Positions 38,081 to 47,582 are shown, numbered from the stretch's first letter. The stretch: DNA of 64,000 nucleotides from an uncultured Gammaproteobacteria bacterium (GCA_964504365.1 CAZDDW010000005.1:1630-65629), one strand, 5' to 3'. Numbers and translations are program-made. The notes: generated by a model from the sequence alone, not told the origin.

Positions 38081-39003
38081 CCCTCAGCTTCCAAATATTC
38101 AATTATAGCACTAGCGACGTCTATGGACGTTGCTTTTTCTAATGATTCAAAACCAGGGCAGGCGTTAACCTCAAGAACAAGTGGTCCGCGGTCTGATCGA
38201 ATCAGATCAACGCCAGCAATGTCGAGATCAAAATCACGTGCTGCATCCAGTGCAATCCGTTGCTCTTCGCTGGTTAAATCGGCAAGAGTACACTCCGCGC
38301 CTTGGTGCGCGTTAGATCGAAAGTCATTGCCAGTAGCTTTGCGTTCCATTGCGGCGACAACTTGATCTCCGACAACATAGACTCGTAGATCAGTTTTATC
38401 TGCCTCAGCAATAAATTCCTGCAAGATAACAGGGTTACGATCTCGGATATTTAGATAGTCTACAATCGGTTGGAGTGTTTCCAGGTCCTTGGCAATGAAA
38501 ACACCTTTGCCGTGTGTACCAAAAGCGACCTTGATAATAACTGGATAAGAAAGTTGTTCAGCAGCAGCAGCTGCATTGTTTGGATGTCGGACAATAATTG
38601 ATCGTGGTTGCGGGATCTGTTTCTGATTAAGCAACATGGTTTGTGCCAGTTTGTTGCGTGAAACAGAGAATGTTGGTGCGGCGTTGATAACATGATAGCC
38701 AGCGTTCTTTAACGTATCTGTGGTAACTGTGTGCAAGCTAGGTTCTTCACTGATTCCACCACGAGTCAAGATGAGATCAAAGTCACCAAGCGGCTTGTCG
38801 TTATAATTTATCCTCCCCCCTTTCGAAGGGGGGACAGGAGGGGGGTTCTGAGTACTATCGAAATCGAACGTAAACAACGGCTCAAATAAAATTTCAGCCT
38901 GATGACCACGATTTCTTGCCACCTTAAGAATTCGCTGCGATTCATAAGTCGTTTCTGATTCAGGTTTGATCTTTTTTGTAAAAACTAATATTCCGATTTT
39001 CAT
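38071..39003 (-). CDS. rimK: RimK-family ATP-grasp ligase
   Basis: YPVIIK..GTHGKGV, LQEFI, DLRVYVVG, FRSN, GVDLI, VLEVN. Confidence 0.88.
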   Translation of the reverse strand: MKIGILVFTKKIKPESETTYESQRILKVARNRGHQAEILFEPLFTFDFDSTQNPPPVPPSKGGRINYNDKPLGDFDLILTRGGISEEPSLHTVTTDTLKNAGYHVINAAPTFSVSRNKLAQTMLLNQKQIPQPRSIIVRHPNNAAAAAEQLSYPVIIKVAFGTHGKGVFIAKDLETLQPIVDYLNIRDRNPVILQEFIAEADKTDLRVYVVGDQVVAAMERKATGNDFRSNAHQGAECTLADLTSEEQRIALDAARDFDLDIAGVDLIRSDRGPLVLEVNACPGFESLEKATSIDVASAIIEYLEAEGRK

Positions 39004-39080
39004 AACTTGACTAATATCGTTTTTGAGTATAATATCACTTCTTGGTCCTTAACATACCCCAAACTTGATTGAGGTGCAAC

Positions 39081-39218
39081 ATGTGTGAGCCGGATTCAGT
39101 TGAAGAAAGATGGGGATGCCAGATGTACGTTGTGGTGTTCTTTGATCTTGTCCTGATCAGCACAGCTGCTGGAATAGCGATGGAGAAGATCTACTTGGCA
39201 ATTTTCGCGGTTCATTAA
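39081..39218 (+). CDS. small hypothetical membrane peptide (45 aa)
   Basis: GAGGTG SD; TTGACT..TATAAT promoter upstream; below the ORF-track cutoff. Confidence 0.45.
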   Translation: MCEPDSVEERWGCQMYVVVFFDLVLISTAAGIAMEKIYLAIFAVH

Positions 39219-39223
39219 ATATC

Positions 39224-39385
39224 ATGAAAAGTCTTTTTACAAGAATTCAGAGCCAGGTCATGAATTCCTTTCAGGTTGACCAGAGGGGTGCCAACTTCAT
39301 GTTGTTGATGCTGGCGTTCATGGCGCTCAACCCAGTGGTCGCAGCACTGCTCCTGTGTCTGATCCGCTACTTCGACAAGACCTAG
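39224..39385 (+). CDS. small hypothetical membrane peptide (53 aa)
   Basis: MKSLFTR..DQRGANFMLLMLAF..; terminator ccgca..tgcgggg-ttttt follows. Confidence 0.5.
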   Translation: MKSLFTRIQSQVMNSFQVDQRGANFMLLMLAFMALNPVVAALLLCLIRYFDKT

Positions 39386-39481
39386 CTCCGCAACACTGCG
39401 GGGTTTTTCTATTTACCATTCGAAGCTTTAGCGAAGAATGGTTGACAAAACAAGCTAAATACGGTATCTTATCTCTGTTAT

Positions 39482-39958
39482 ATGGCTAGAAAAAATAGTT
39501 CAACTTACTTATTTGCCTTTGCTGGTTTTATTTTTGCAGCCTTAATTGGTTTTGCTGCTTTTGGTCCAGAACAAGCTCCAGCGGATCCAAATCCAATTGA
39601 TGTTGAGGTTGTTAGCAGCCAGAGCGAGATCGATGCTGAGTTATTGGCCAAGGCGCTCACAGAAAGTGGGGCTAAACTTTATGGCGCTTTTTGGTGTTCT
39701 CATTGTGAGGATCAAAAAGAGATGTTTGGCAACGCGGTTCAGTATTTAAACTATATTGAAAGCTCGATGCCTGATGGTCGCACGCAAACGCAAGAGGCCA
39801 TTGACGCCGGTATTACGAGTTATCCAACCTGGATTTTTCCTGATGGTTCGCGTCAGACCGGTTTGATGAGTTTTGAGGATCTGGCTGAGGGTGCTGGGAT
39901 TGACATTGAGACTGTAAAAGCCGATGTCGAAGGACCAACAATCGAAGTAATTGAATAA
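39482..39958 (+). CDS. membrane-anchored thioredoxin-like partner of VKOR
   Basis: YGAFWCSHC, ITSYPTW. Confidence 0.85.
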   Translation: MARKNSSTYLFAFAGFIFAALIGFAAFGPEQAPADPNPIDVEVVSSQSEIDAELLAKALTESGAKLYGAFWCSHCEDQKEMFGNAVQYLNYIESSMPDGRTQTQEAIDAGITSYPTWIFPDGSRQTGLMSFEDLAEGAGIDIETVKADVEGPTIEVIE

Positions 39959-39960
39959 AC

Positions 39961-40410
39961 ATGAAACGCGGATTATCAATCGCAATTTTAGTCCTGGCTC
40001 TGATTGGAGTCGGGATTTCTGGTTATTTATATTCGATACACGGCAGTGATTTTTCAGACAAGGCCTGTGAAATCAATCAGACTTTTAGTTGTGGAGCGGT
40101 TGACCAGAGCCCGTATTCAGAATTGTATGGAATTCCAGTATCGTTGCTCGGTATCATCGGATATGGATTGATGGCGCTTGGCGCCTTGGTCAAGTTGTTT
40201 GATAAATCAGATGATCGTGGTTTGAATGTGTTCTTGTTGATTGCTTCTGGTGGTGGCTTGGCTTTTGCATTGTATCTAACGGCCATGGAAGCATTTGTTT
40301 TACACGCCTGGTGTTTGTACTGCGTTGCTCAACAAATCGATATTTTGATTATTTTCATTCTTGCTCTGGTTTTGTTCTTTAAAGAAAACAAGGTAGAATG
40401 TAGAGAGTAG
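39961..40410 (+). CDS. vitamin K epoxide reductase (VKOR) family protein
   Basis: C..C..V..SPYS..GIPVS, WCLYC. Confidence 0.88.
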   Translation: MKRGLSIAILVLALIGVGISGYLYSIHGSDFSDKACEINQTFSCGAVDQSPYSELYGIPVSLLGIIGYGLMALGALVKLFDKSDDRGLNVFLLIASGGGLAFALYLTAMEAFVLHAWCLYCVAQQIDILIIFILALVLFFKENKVECRE

Positions 40411-40474
40411 AAGGTAGAAAGTAGAAAGAATCAGATCCTATCTACTTTCTACTCTCTACTATCTACTTTTTTCT
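40392..40474. repeat. inverted GTAGAAA 7-mer array
   Basis: Same unit as 10900-10969; supplies the VKOR stop codon. Confidence 0.75.
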
Positions 40475-41827
40475 ATGCGTCTTTCTTTTCACGGCGCCGT
40501 CCGTGGTGTAACAGGATCATGTTTTCTTTTGGAAACCGGCTCAGGTCGGTTGCTTTTTGATTGTGGTATGTTTCAGGGGTGGAAGTTTGCTGAAGAACGC
40601 AATGCTGAACCCTTTAGTTTTGATCCAAGCACGATCGACGCTGTATTTGTCACACATGCTCACACTGATCATACTGGTCGTTTACCGAAATTGGTCCACG
40701 ATGGTTTTGATGCGCCGATATACATGACTCCACCAACACGTCCGTTGACACGCTTGATCCTTGAAGATTCGCATCACATCATGAAAGAGAACTACAAACG
40801 CGAGCAGGAAAAAATGTTGTATGATGAGGGTGATGTAGATAAGGTGATGAAACTGACTCACTCAGTAAATTATCATCATGCCATTGAAGTCTTGCCAGGT
40901 GTGACCGTGATGTTTCATGATGCTGGTCATATTTTGGGTTCGGCTTATGTTACGGTTGAAGCGGGAGGGAAGAGGATTTTGTTTTCAGGAGATGTTGGAA
41001 ACGCTGAGACTCCGATCTTGCCAGACCCAGAACGGATTTCAAGTGCTGATATCGTTATCACAGAAACAACGTACGGGAATCGAGTTCATGAAGCACCAGA
41101 GGAGCGCAAGATCAAACTGAAGGAAGCGGTTTTGCGCACGATTCGGCGCAAGGGCGTGTTGATGATTCCATCGTTCTCGGTTGAGCGGACGCAGGAGCTG
41201 TTGTTTGAACTTGATCAGATTTTGTTGCACGAGCTGTCGACTGATATTCCGATTTTCTTGGACAGCCCGCTGTCGATCAAGGCCACAGCTGTGTATCGGC
41301 ACTATCAGAACTATCTGCGATTTGATGCAGACATCTTGGAGCAGCCAGATCGTGACTTTTTCTCGTTCCCGAATTTACGCGAGACTTTAACTCGTGAGGA
41401 ATCAATGCAGATTAATGATGTGCCTGGACCAAAGGTTATTGTTGCTGGATCAGGAATGATGCAAGGTGGACGGATTATGCACCATCTGAAGCGCTATCTG
41501 CAGAGTGCGGACAATCAGCTTTTGATCATTGGCTATCAGGTTGAGGGTACATTGGGACGACGTTTGCTTGATGGCGTGCCAGAGGTAAAGATTTATGGCG
41601 ACAAGATTCCGGTACAAGCCCACGTTTCTGCTATCGGTGCTTTCTCTGCGCATGGTGATCAGCGCCAGCTAACACGTTGGTATCATTGTGAAAACGATCA
41701 GCTCCCAAAAAAAATATTCCTCGTTCACGGAGATGAGGAAGTGAAAACAGAATTCGCCGCCCATTTGGGCCGCGAGTTAGACACCGAGATAATCATCCCC
41801 GAATTCCAATCAGTGCATGAGATCTGA
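40475..41827 (+). CDS. MBL-fold beta-CASP ribonuclease
   Basis: VTGSC, THAHTDH, AGHILGS, TETTYG, SGM..GGR, FSAHGD, VHGD. Confidence 0.9.
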   Translation: MRLSFHGAVRGVTGSCFLLETGSGRLLFDCGMFQGWKFAEERNAEPFSFDPSTIDAVFVTHAHTDHTGRLPKLVHDGFDAPIYMTPPTRPLTRLILEDSHHIMKENYKREQEKMLYDEGDVDKVMKLTHSVNYHHAIEVLPGVTVMFHDAGHILGSAYVTVEAGGKRILFSGDVGNAETPILPDPERISSADIVITETTYGNRVHEAPEERKIKLKEAVLRTIRRKGVLMIPSFSVERTQELLFELDQILLHELSTDIPIFLDSPLSIKATAVYRHYQNYLRFDADILEQPDRDFFSFPNLRETLTREESMQINDVPGPKVIVAGSGMMQGGRIMHHLKRYLQSADNQLLIIGYQVEGTLGRRLLDGVPEVKIYGDKIPVQAHVSAIGAFSAHGDQRQLTRWYHCENDQLPKKIFLVHGDEEVKTEFAAHLGRELDTEIIIPEFQSVHEI

Positions 41828-41878
41828 AGGGAATGACAAATTGTAAGAGCACCCCTTGCGGGTGCCCTTTTGTGTTTT

Positions 41879-42088
41879 GCCGGCCACGGGATGACTCGGA
41901 CATTCTTTTGTGAGAAGCACTCGGCCTATTTGTAGAGTGATTAAAGAATGTTATCAGGCCTCGTTCGGGTTCCGCCGGGACCGCCACTGTTGGTGGTAAT
42001 ATGAGAGTATAGTGTGGGCCCGGCTCCACATGTTCTCACAAAAAGAATATCCTCGTCATTTGTTTCTGACGGCAAAGGAAGTGGCCGG
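41879..42088. repeat. ~210 bp structured repeat element, copy 3
   Basis: Nearly identical to 8343-8553 in the stems; differences concentrate in loops. Confidence 0.9.
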
Positions 42089-42106
42089 TCCACAATAAAA
42101 ACAGAA

Positions 42107-42136
42107 CCCCACAGCTAAGCGAGGTTGCTGTGGGGG
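42107..42136 (-). terminator. hairpin/terminator between element copy 3 and the small ncRNA candidate
   Basis: ccccacagc...gctgtgggg with A-rich left flank. Confidence 0.55.
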
Positions 42137-42146
42137 GTGATAAGAA

Positions 42147-42327
42147 TTCGTGCTGCCTTCCGCAGAAAGTTCCCTGGGTTACGTTACCGAATCGGCAACT
42201 CCTTCTACCAGGGCCGTCCCAATAAGCCAGGTTGTTGTGGTCTTGGACACCACTTTTATTTCCCTTTACACGCGAGATGCGCTACAGGATCAACCTGTCC
42301 TTGCGGTCATAACGACAGCACGAACAA
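42147..42327 (-). ncRNA. candidate ~180 nt structured ncRNA
   Basis: TTGACA-17-TATACT promoter (42334-42362); 5' ttcgtgctgtc pairs with 3' ggcagcacgaa; internal hairpins. Confidence 0.55.
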
Positions 42328-42459
42328 GAAAACAGTATAGTACAAAAAGCACCTTTTGTCAAGGCTAATAAGCTCAAACTGTGAACAAAAAGTCGCCGGC
42401 CGGACATCTTTTGTTCACACGAATAAAAGAAAAGACCCGCGTGGTTGCGGGTTGTGATG

Positions 42460-42768
42460 CTACGGAATGAGTTCGCAGACGTCGCGAGAAAAGACCAGGA
42501 TCGCTGTGCCAGACACGGCACCAGCGGCGTTGTCCAGCCACCATTTGGCAGCAGCGCCATCGTGTGCCTTCAAGGCCTCGATGGCGTCATGTCCATAGAC
42601 CTGGTAGCCGCCCTGGTTCATGGCTGATTCTCGTTCGCGATCGAGAACTCCGACCGAGTCGCCACTGGCTTCGTGCTCGACGGTTGGTATCTCCAGACCG
42701 ACCCAGGCCTCCCGAACCCATGGTGGTGCTTGCCCAGGTGGGGCAGCGATAATGCGAATTTTTGACAT
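42460..42768 (-). CDS. small hypothetical protein
   Basis: AAGGAGG SD; PPGQAPPWVREAWVGL motif; own TTGACA promoter. Confidence 0.75.
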   Translation of the reverse strand: MSKIRIIAAPPGQAPPWVREAWVGLEIPTVEHEASGDSVGVLDRERESAMNQGGYQVYGHDAIEALKAHDGAAAKWWLDNAAGAVSGTAILVFSRDVCELIP

Positions 42769-42824
42769 CGAATCCTCCTTCTTGATCCTCTGACCTTAAC
42801 AGCAGTGTATCAAATTGTCAAAAG

Positions 42825-43427
42825 TCATTTTGCGATCCAATTGTAAAACTCCTCGGCAGTGCTGCCGGGGATTTTGAATTCAAATGGTTCGATTGTGTAT
42901 GGTTCTAGTTCTGAGATGTCAATTGGTTCGACTGTTGTGTCTTCGGTGTCAGCGATCGAGTAGGACACTTCCAGATCATCGAACGGGATTATCGAAACCT
43001 TGTTTAAGAAATCGTAGTAAACAAATGAGATTTGGCCAGGGGACTCAAAGTTGCTTCGAACGTAATCAGAGCGGATCGATACAGGTAAATTCACACCCCA
43101 AGACCTGACCCCAATTCGACCGCGGTGGACATAAAGTTCGACCTCGTTTTTATTTAGGCGTATAATCTCTAAGTCAGTATTTTCATCAAGCGCTACTTCG
43201 ATCAATTCGTTCGAAAGCAACAAACGACTTTCAGAATCTGTGGAAACGATCTGCCCGCGACGCACTGTATCGACCACGTTAGAAGAACCAACCTGATCCG
43301 CGATCTCAAGTGGCAGACTTGGCAAATAACCATCACCACCAGCCCAGGTCGCGCCAAAGCGCTGACCTACTAATAACAAAACAGTAAGTATGCCTAAGAA
43401 GATAATCAAGAAAATTTGTTTCCGCAT
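42825..43427 (-). CDS. hypothetical protein, FecR-like beta domain
   Basis: Likely start MRKQIFL; TM then G..VST..ESR..L....V.LDENT.L...L.V.RG. Confidence 0.6.
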   Translation of the reverse strand: MRKQIFLIIFLGILTVLLLVGQRFGATWAGGDGYLPSLPLEIADQVGSSNVVDTVRRGQIVSTDSESRLLLSNELIEVALDENTDLEIIRLNKNEVELYVHRGRIGVRSWGVNLPVSIRSDYVRSNFESPGQISFVYYDFLNKVSIIPFDDLEVSYSIADTEDTTVEPIDISELEPYTIEPFEFKIPGSTAEEFYNWIAK

Positions 43428-43941
43428 AGGTTTTGTTGTTTTGGTTTTAGGTTTGTTGAGTCTTGGTGTGAGCTCCACAATTGTGCTAGCAACATTCTGG
43501 GGTGGACAACCTCATGTTCCACAGACCATGTCTCACAACATGATAGAGTTCTCTGAAGTGCGGACTGGATATTACACAGAGCTTGGTCGCGACGAAACTG
43601 ATCAGTATCAGATCGAATTATCTGAAGGTGAACAAATTAATCTGTTTTTGATTATTCCTGATAAAACTTTGGCCAGTGTCCGTGTTCCGGTTTTAGAAGT
43701 TGCAGATCTGGAATATCACGAGAATAGTGCTGGGGAGTGGAAGAACAGTTCTTCGTTTGATCGTTGGATCATTTCACAACAGGCCACATTTGAAGCTCCG
43801 GAGGACGGGGTTTATGATTTGGTTGTGTACGATACGGTTGGTGAGCCAGGTGAGTATGCTCTTGTTTTTTCTGGTAACGATCCAGTGCATCCAATCGATC
43901 TTGCGAGATTAGTTATCGGAACAATTCGAATCAATCTTTAA
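43390..43941 (+). CDS. hypothetical secreted protein, PPC-like beta-sandwich
   Basis: Signal-like N-terminus; D.Y.I.L..G, FEAPEDGVYDLVV, GEY.L. Confidence 0.65.
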   Translation: MPKKIIKKICFRIGFVVLVLGLLSLGVSSTIVLATFWGGQPHVPQTMSHNMIEFSEVRTGYYTELGRDETDQYQIELSEGEQINLFLIIPDKTLASVRVPVLEVADLEYHENSAGEWKNSSSFDRWIISQQATFEAPEDGVYDLVVYDTVGEPGEYALVFSGNDPVHPIDLARLVIGTIRINL

Positions 43942-44780
43942 GCAAAATTTTCCATCCAGTGCTCATCGACTTCTACCTTTAGGTCAAGGTAGATTTTTTT
44001 GTCCATAACCGCCTCTAGTTCTTTGCGCGCAGATTGACCGATTTCTTTGACACCGCGTCCGCCAGCCCCTATGACCATTCGTTTGTGTCTTTCTTCAAGA
44101 ACTTGGATTCTGGCAGTTATATAAACCATGTCTTCGCGATCTTCAATGTCATCAACCACAACATGGATTTGATAGGGTAGCTCGTCTCGCAAGCGCAAGA
44201 ATAGTTTTTCACGAATCAGTTCAGAAACCCAGAAATCATTTGGTAAGTTAGTTAGCTGACCTTCTGGATAGTAAAATTCTCCCTCAGGTAACAAGTCAAA
44301 GATCTCTTCCTTCAGAGTTCCTATGTGCGAACCTCTTAGTGCTGAAACCTCAACAATTTTATCAAACTGATCTTCAAGGTCACGGTAGTACTCATGATAT
44401 GGCCGTTTCTTTTTATCGATCTTGTTGATCACTAGAATTTTCGGAACCTTTAAATCAGCAGCCATGCGCAACACTTGTTTCTCTTCATCGCCAATCGAAC
44501 GCGTTGGGTCAGCAACATAAAGTACAACGTCGATGTCCTTGAGTGATTCGCGGACTTTGTTTAACAGCTTCTTCGTTAGAACGTCTTTTTTCTGAAGCAC
44601 GCCGGGCGTATCAACAAAAACAATCTGTCCCCGTTCTTCAGTTAAAACACCATGGATATTGTGTTGAGTGGTCTGAGCCTTTGGTGTTGTGATAGCGATC
44701 TTGGAGCCAACCAAAGCATTAAGCAAGGTTGACTTGCCTACGTTTGAGCGACCAATTAATACTGCAAATCCAGATTTCAT
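43938..44780 (-). CDS. era: GTPase Era
   Basis: GRSNVGKST, DTPG, NKID, KH domain VIGAGG. Confidence 0.96.
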   Translation of the reverse strand: MKSGFAVLIGRSNVGKSTLLNALVGSKIAITTPKAQTTQHNIHGVLTEERGQIVFVDTPGVLQKKDVLTKKLLNKVRESLKDIDVVLYVADPTRSIGDEEKQVLRMAADLKVPKILVINKIDKKKRPYHEYYRDLEDQFDKIVEVSALRGSHIGTLKEEIFDLLPEGEFYYPEGQLTNLPNDFWVSELIREKLFLRLRDELPYQIHVVVDDIEDREDMVYITARIQVLEERHKRMVIGAGGRGVKEIGQSARKELEAVMDKKIYLDLKVEVDEHWMENFA

Positions 44781-44793
44781 AAGTGAGTGTAGG

Positions 44794-45894
44794 TTAAGCT
44801 GTTTTTTTGATAAATAAGGTGGCGAACCAGGTAGCGATAGGAACAGACAAAATCAGTCCAATTGTACCAACTAAAGTACGTACAATTTCTTCAGCAATTA
44901 TTTCTGAATTTATCAGATTAAGAGTGCTTTGATCAGATGCGATAAAAAGTAGTAATAATGGCAGGCCTGCACCGGCATATGCCAGGACTAAAGTGTTAAC
45001 CATCGATGCAATATGATGACGGCCTACGCGCATGGCTTTTCGCATTAGTTTTGATTGAGATAAGTCTGTGTCAGTTTTGTTTAGTTCAAAAACAGTTTCC
45101 GATTGAGTAACAGTTACATCGTCAAGCACACCTAGGGCACCAATGATAATTGCTGCCAAAAGCAAACCTTTCATGTCGAACTCAAGTCCGGTTTTCAGTT
45201 GTAGGATAGCCCCCTCATCAGAAGCTAGACCAGTTAATTGAACTAGGTCTACAAAGAGAAAAGCCAACAAACCAGTGATAATTAACCCCGCCAAAGTACC
45301 AAAAAATGCAGCCATACTACTACGTTTGAACCCATGAGTAATGAAGATTGAAAAAGCCACTATTACTGATGATCCGAGTAAGGTGATTAAGACAGGGTTA
45401 TGTCCATTAAGAATTTGCGGCAGAATGAAGCCAAAGAGTACTAACATGATCACTCCTAGTCCTAACAATGAAGTAAAACCTCGCACCAAGCCAACAATCA
45501 AGGTAATTAAAATAAATAGAACTATTAACCACATCAGCGAGCTTAATCGAATCACGTCTGTTATAAAGATGATTGGTTCGGGTTCGCCAGGAATTTCTAA
45601 GATTGCAATTTGCACCCGCTGTCCTTCTGATACCTCATAACGCAACCCAGCCGTATATCCATCGCGAGAATCAATAGTAAACAATCGGTTGTTCAAGATT
45701 CCCTGAGATTCAACTCGAACAGATACAATCTGATACGCTTGATCAGCCGGTTCCAGTTGCTCTTCAATTATTTCTTCAACAAGAGCGCGGGTTTCGATTG
45801 TTTCCGGTTGAACTAATTCGTCTTGTGCCTGCGCTATGTGTGGCAGAAAGCAGAAAGTCGAAAGTAAAAAACAACTGATTATTATTTTTTTCAT
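44794..45894 (-). CDS. YibE/F family membrane protein
   Basis: IIIGALGVLDDVTVTQ, ASMVNTLVLAYAG, EEIVRTLVG. Confidence 0.88.
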   Translation of the reverse strand: MKKIIISCFLLSTFCFLPHIAQAQDELVQPETIETRALVEEIIEEQLEPADQAYQIVSVRVESQGILNNRLFTIDSRDGYTAGLRYEVSEGQRVQIAILEIPGEPEPIIFITDVIRLSSLMWLIVLFILITLIVGLVRGFTSLLGLGVIMLVLFGFILPQILNGHNPVLITLLGSSVIVAFSIFITHGFKRSSMAAFFGTLAGLIITGLLAFLFVDLVQLTGLASDEGAILQLKTGLEFDMKGLLLAAIIIGALGVLDDVTVTQSETVFELNKTDTDLSQSKLMRKAMRVGRHHIASMVNTLVLAYAGAGLPLLLLFIASDQSTLNLINSEIIAEEIVRTLVGTIGLILSVPIATWFATLFIKKTA

Positions 45895-47000
45895 ATTTTT
45901 TCGAACAACGTGACTAATTCTACATGTGGAGTGTGGGGAAATAAATCCAGTGCCTGCATCTTGCTGATCTTGTAGTGTCGAGTCAAGGCAGGTAGTTCTT
46001 TGGCAAAACGCTCGTAGTTGCATGAAATGTAAACGATTCGGTCAGGTAGGGCAGAGCGAAGCGTGTCAAGCACCTTGTAATGTGTGCCAGAGCGTGGTGG
46101 GTCTACAATAACCACATTTGGTTTTATTCCAGCCCAATCGAATTTTTCTGCCTCAGATACATGATACTCCACGTTGGCGATATTGTTTAGCTCTGCATTG
46201 GTCCTGGCGTTCTCGATTCCTGATGGATCCAGTTCGATTCCAACGGTTCGTTTACAGTCGTTAGCAAAAGCAACAGAGAAAAAACCAGAGCCGCAGAATA
46301 GATCAAGTAGGGTTTTGTCTTTGAGGTCGCCACAGAATTCTTTGACAGTGTCCTGGAGCTTAGCTGCCATGACTGAGTTTGTTTGAAAGAATGAGTTTGG
46401 GTGAATGCGGTACCGGTAACCATTGATGGTCTCTTCAAGCCAAGGGTTTCCGTGTACAGGAATAATTGTTCCAGCACGTGATACATCGGATTTTTCATTG
46501 TTAATCCCGAGCACGATCGAAGTGCATAGGTCTGATAAAACATTTCGTAAGCTATCGACATGTTTATCATCAAGTCCTTGTGAAGTAATAATCATGACCA
46601 TGCGTTCGTTGGTGTTCTTGCCTTCGCGAATCACACAATGACGAAGCATGCCCTTGCCTTTGCGTTGATCCCAGCCGGAAAGGCCTGAGTCCTTAGCCCA
46701 AGATCGTATGTGTTGCATTACCTCGCTGGCCTGTTCAGATAACAGATAACACTGATCTAAATCAACCACCTGATCCCAGTGCCCGGTTTCTTTGAGACCA
46801 AACTCGCCATTAGGACCAAAAGCAAAATCCATGCGATTGCGATAATAAAAAAGTTCCGGACAAGGAATTACCTCGATATCGGATTCTAGGGTTTGATTTA
46901 TTTTTTGTTTTTTCTGCTCCAGCTGCGCAGCATACTCCAGGTCAAACCAAGGGCATCCACCACACTTGCCAGCAAACAGGCATTTGTCTTTCATCTTCAT
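45891..47000 (-). CDS. rlmD: 23S rRNA m5U methyltransferase (RlmD/TrmA family, no TRAM domain)
   Basis: CGGC, YRNR, SFFQTN, DLFCGSG, VDPPRSG, YISCN, DLFPHTPHVE. Confidence 0.88.
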   Translation of the reverse strand: MKMKDKCLFAGKCGGCPWFDLEYAAQLEQKKQKINQTLESDIEVIPCPELFYYRNRMDFAFGPNGEFGLKETGHWDQVVDLDQCYLLSEQASEVMQHIRSWAKDSGLSGWDQRKGKGMLRHCVIREGKNTNERMVMIITSQGLDDKHVDSLRNVLSDLCTSIVLGINNEKSDVSRAGTIIPVHGNPWLEETINGYRYRIHPNSFFQTNSVMAAKLQDTVKEFCGDLKDKTLLDLFCGSGFFSVAFANDCKRTVGIELDPSGIENARTNAELNNIANVEYHVSEAEKFDWAGIKPNVVIVDPPRSGTHYKVLDTLRSALPDRIVYISCNYERFAKELPALTRHYKISKMQALDLFPHTPHVELVTLFEKI

Positions 47001-47051
47001 AACGTGGCTTAATATAACAAAAAAGACCCTGCTTGAACAGGGTCTGAGTGG

Positions 47052-47582
47052 TTACTGGCCGAGACAGGTCAGGTAGACCGATCGTTCGGCTGCCAGGATC
47101 GGGTCGTCGATCTGCATCTCATGTGGACAGGCTTCTACTTGGCTGACCTCGGTTTGACACTGGTGTTCTACTTCGGGCAGGGTCAGGTGAGCACCAGCGT
47201 GAACCAGACTGGCCGCGATCCGGCAGAGCTCTTGTTGTTGTCCGTCATCACTGTCGAATAGCTCGACATTGACGATGATCTCGTCCGGAAATGTGTCTGG
47301 GATCGCTTCTTCACTGATTCGTTGGTCAACAGGCAGGCCGCAGGAGATGATACTCTGCTCAGCCGCGCTGATTGCCTGACTCAGTTTGAGCGAGGTCGGC
47401 TCAGGCCACTCATGCTTGAAACGCTGAGTTGCCAGGTCCTCGAGGTCCTTGGCCGTGTCCAAAGCCAGGTCCAGGCTCTGACATTGATCCGAGTCGCATT
47501 CGGCAAACCAATGCCAGTCATCGAAGACACAGCCACTGGTGCCGAGTGTGCAGACAAGTAAGATGAAAAAGATCGGACGCAT
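47052..47582 (-). CDS. hypothetical lipoprotein (orphan)
   Basis: Lipobox-like GTSGC, GGGAGA SD, own promoter and terminator. Confidence 0.65.
   Translation of the reverse strand: MRPIFFILLVCTLGTSGCVFDDWHWFAECDSDQCQSLDLALDTAKDLEDLATQRFKHEWPEPTSLKLSQAISAAEQSIISCGLPVDQRISEEAIPDTFPDEIIVNVELFDSDDGQQQELCRIAASLVHAGAHLTLPEVEHQCQTEVSQVEACPHEMQIDDPILAAERSVYLTCLGQ

Noticed and set aside
42180-42225. gggacg..ggtagaaggagttgccga resembling part of a c-di-GMP-I riboswitch
   Set aside because: GCAAA/GNRA elements and spacing do not fit, and there is no downstream gene
42382-42419. gtgaacaaaaag..gccggccggacatctttttgttcac as a fifth copy of the structured element
   Set aside because: Only short words are shared; more simply a hairpin downstream of the 42460-42768 gene
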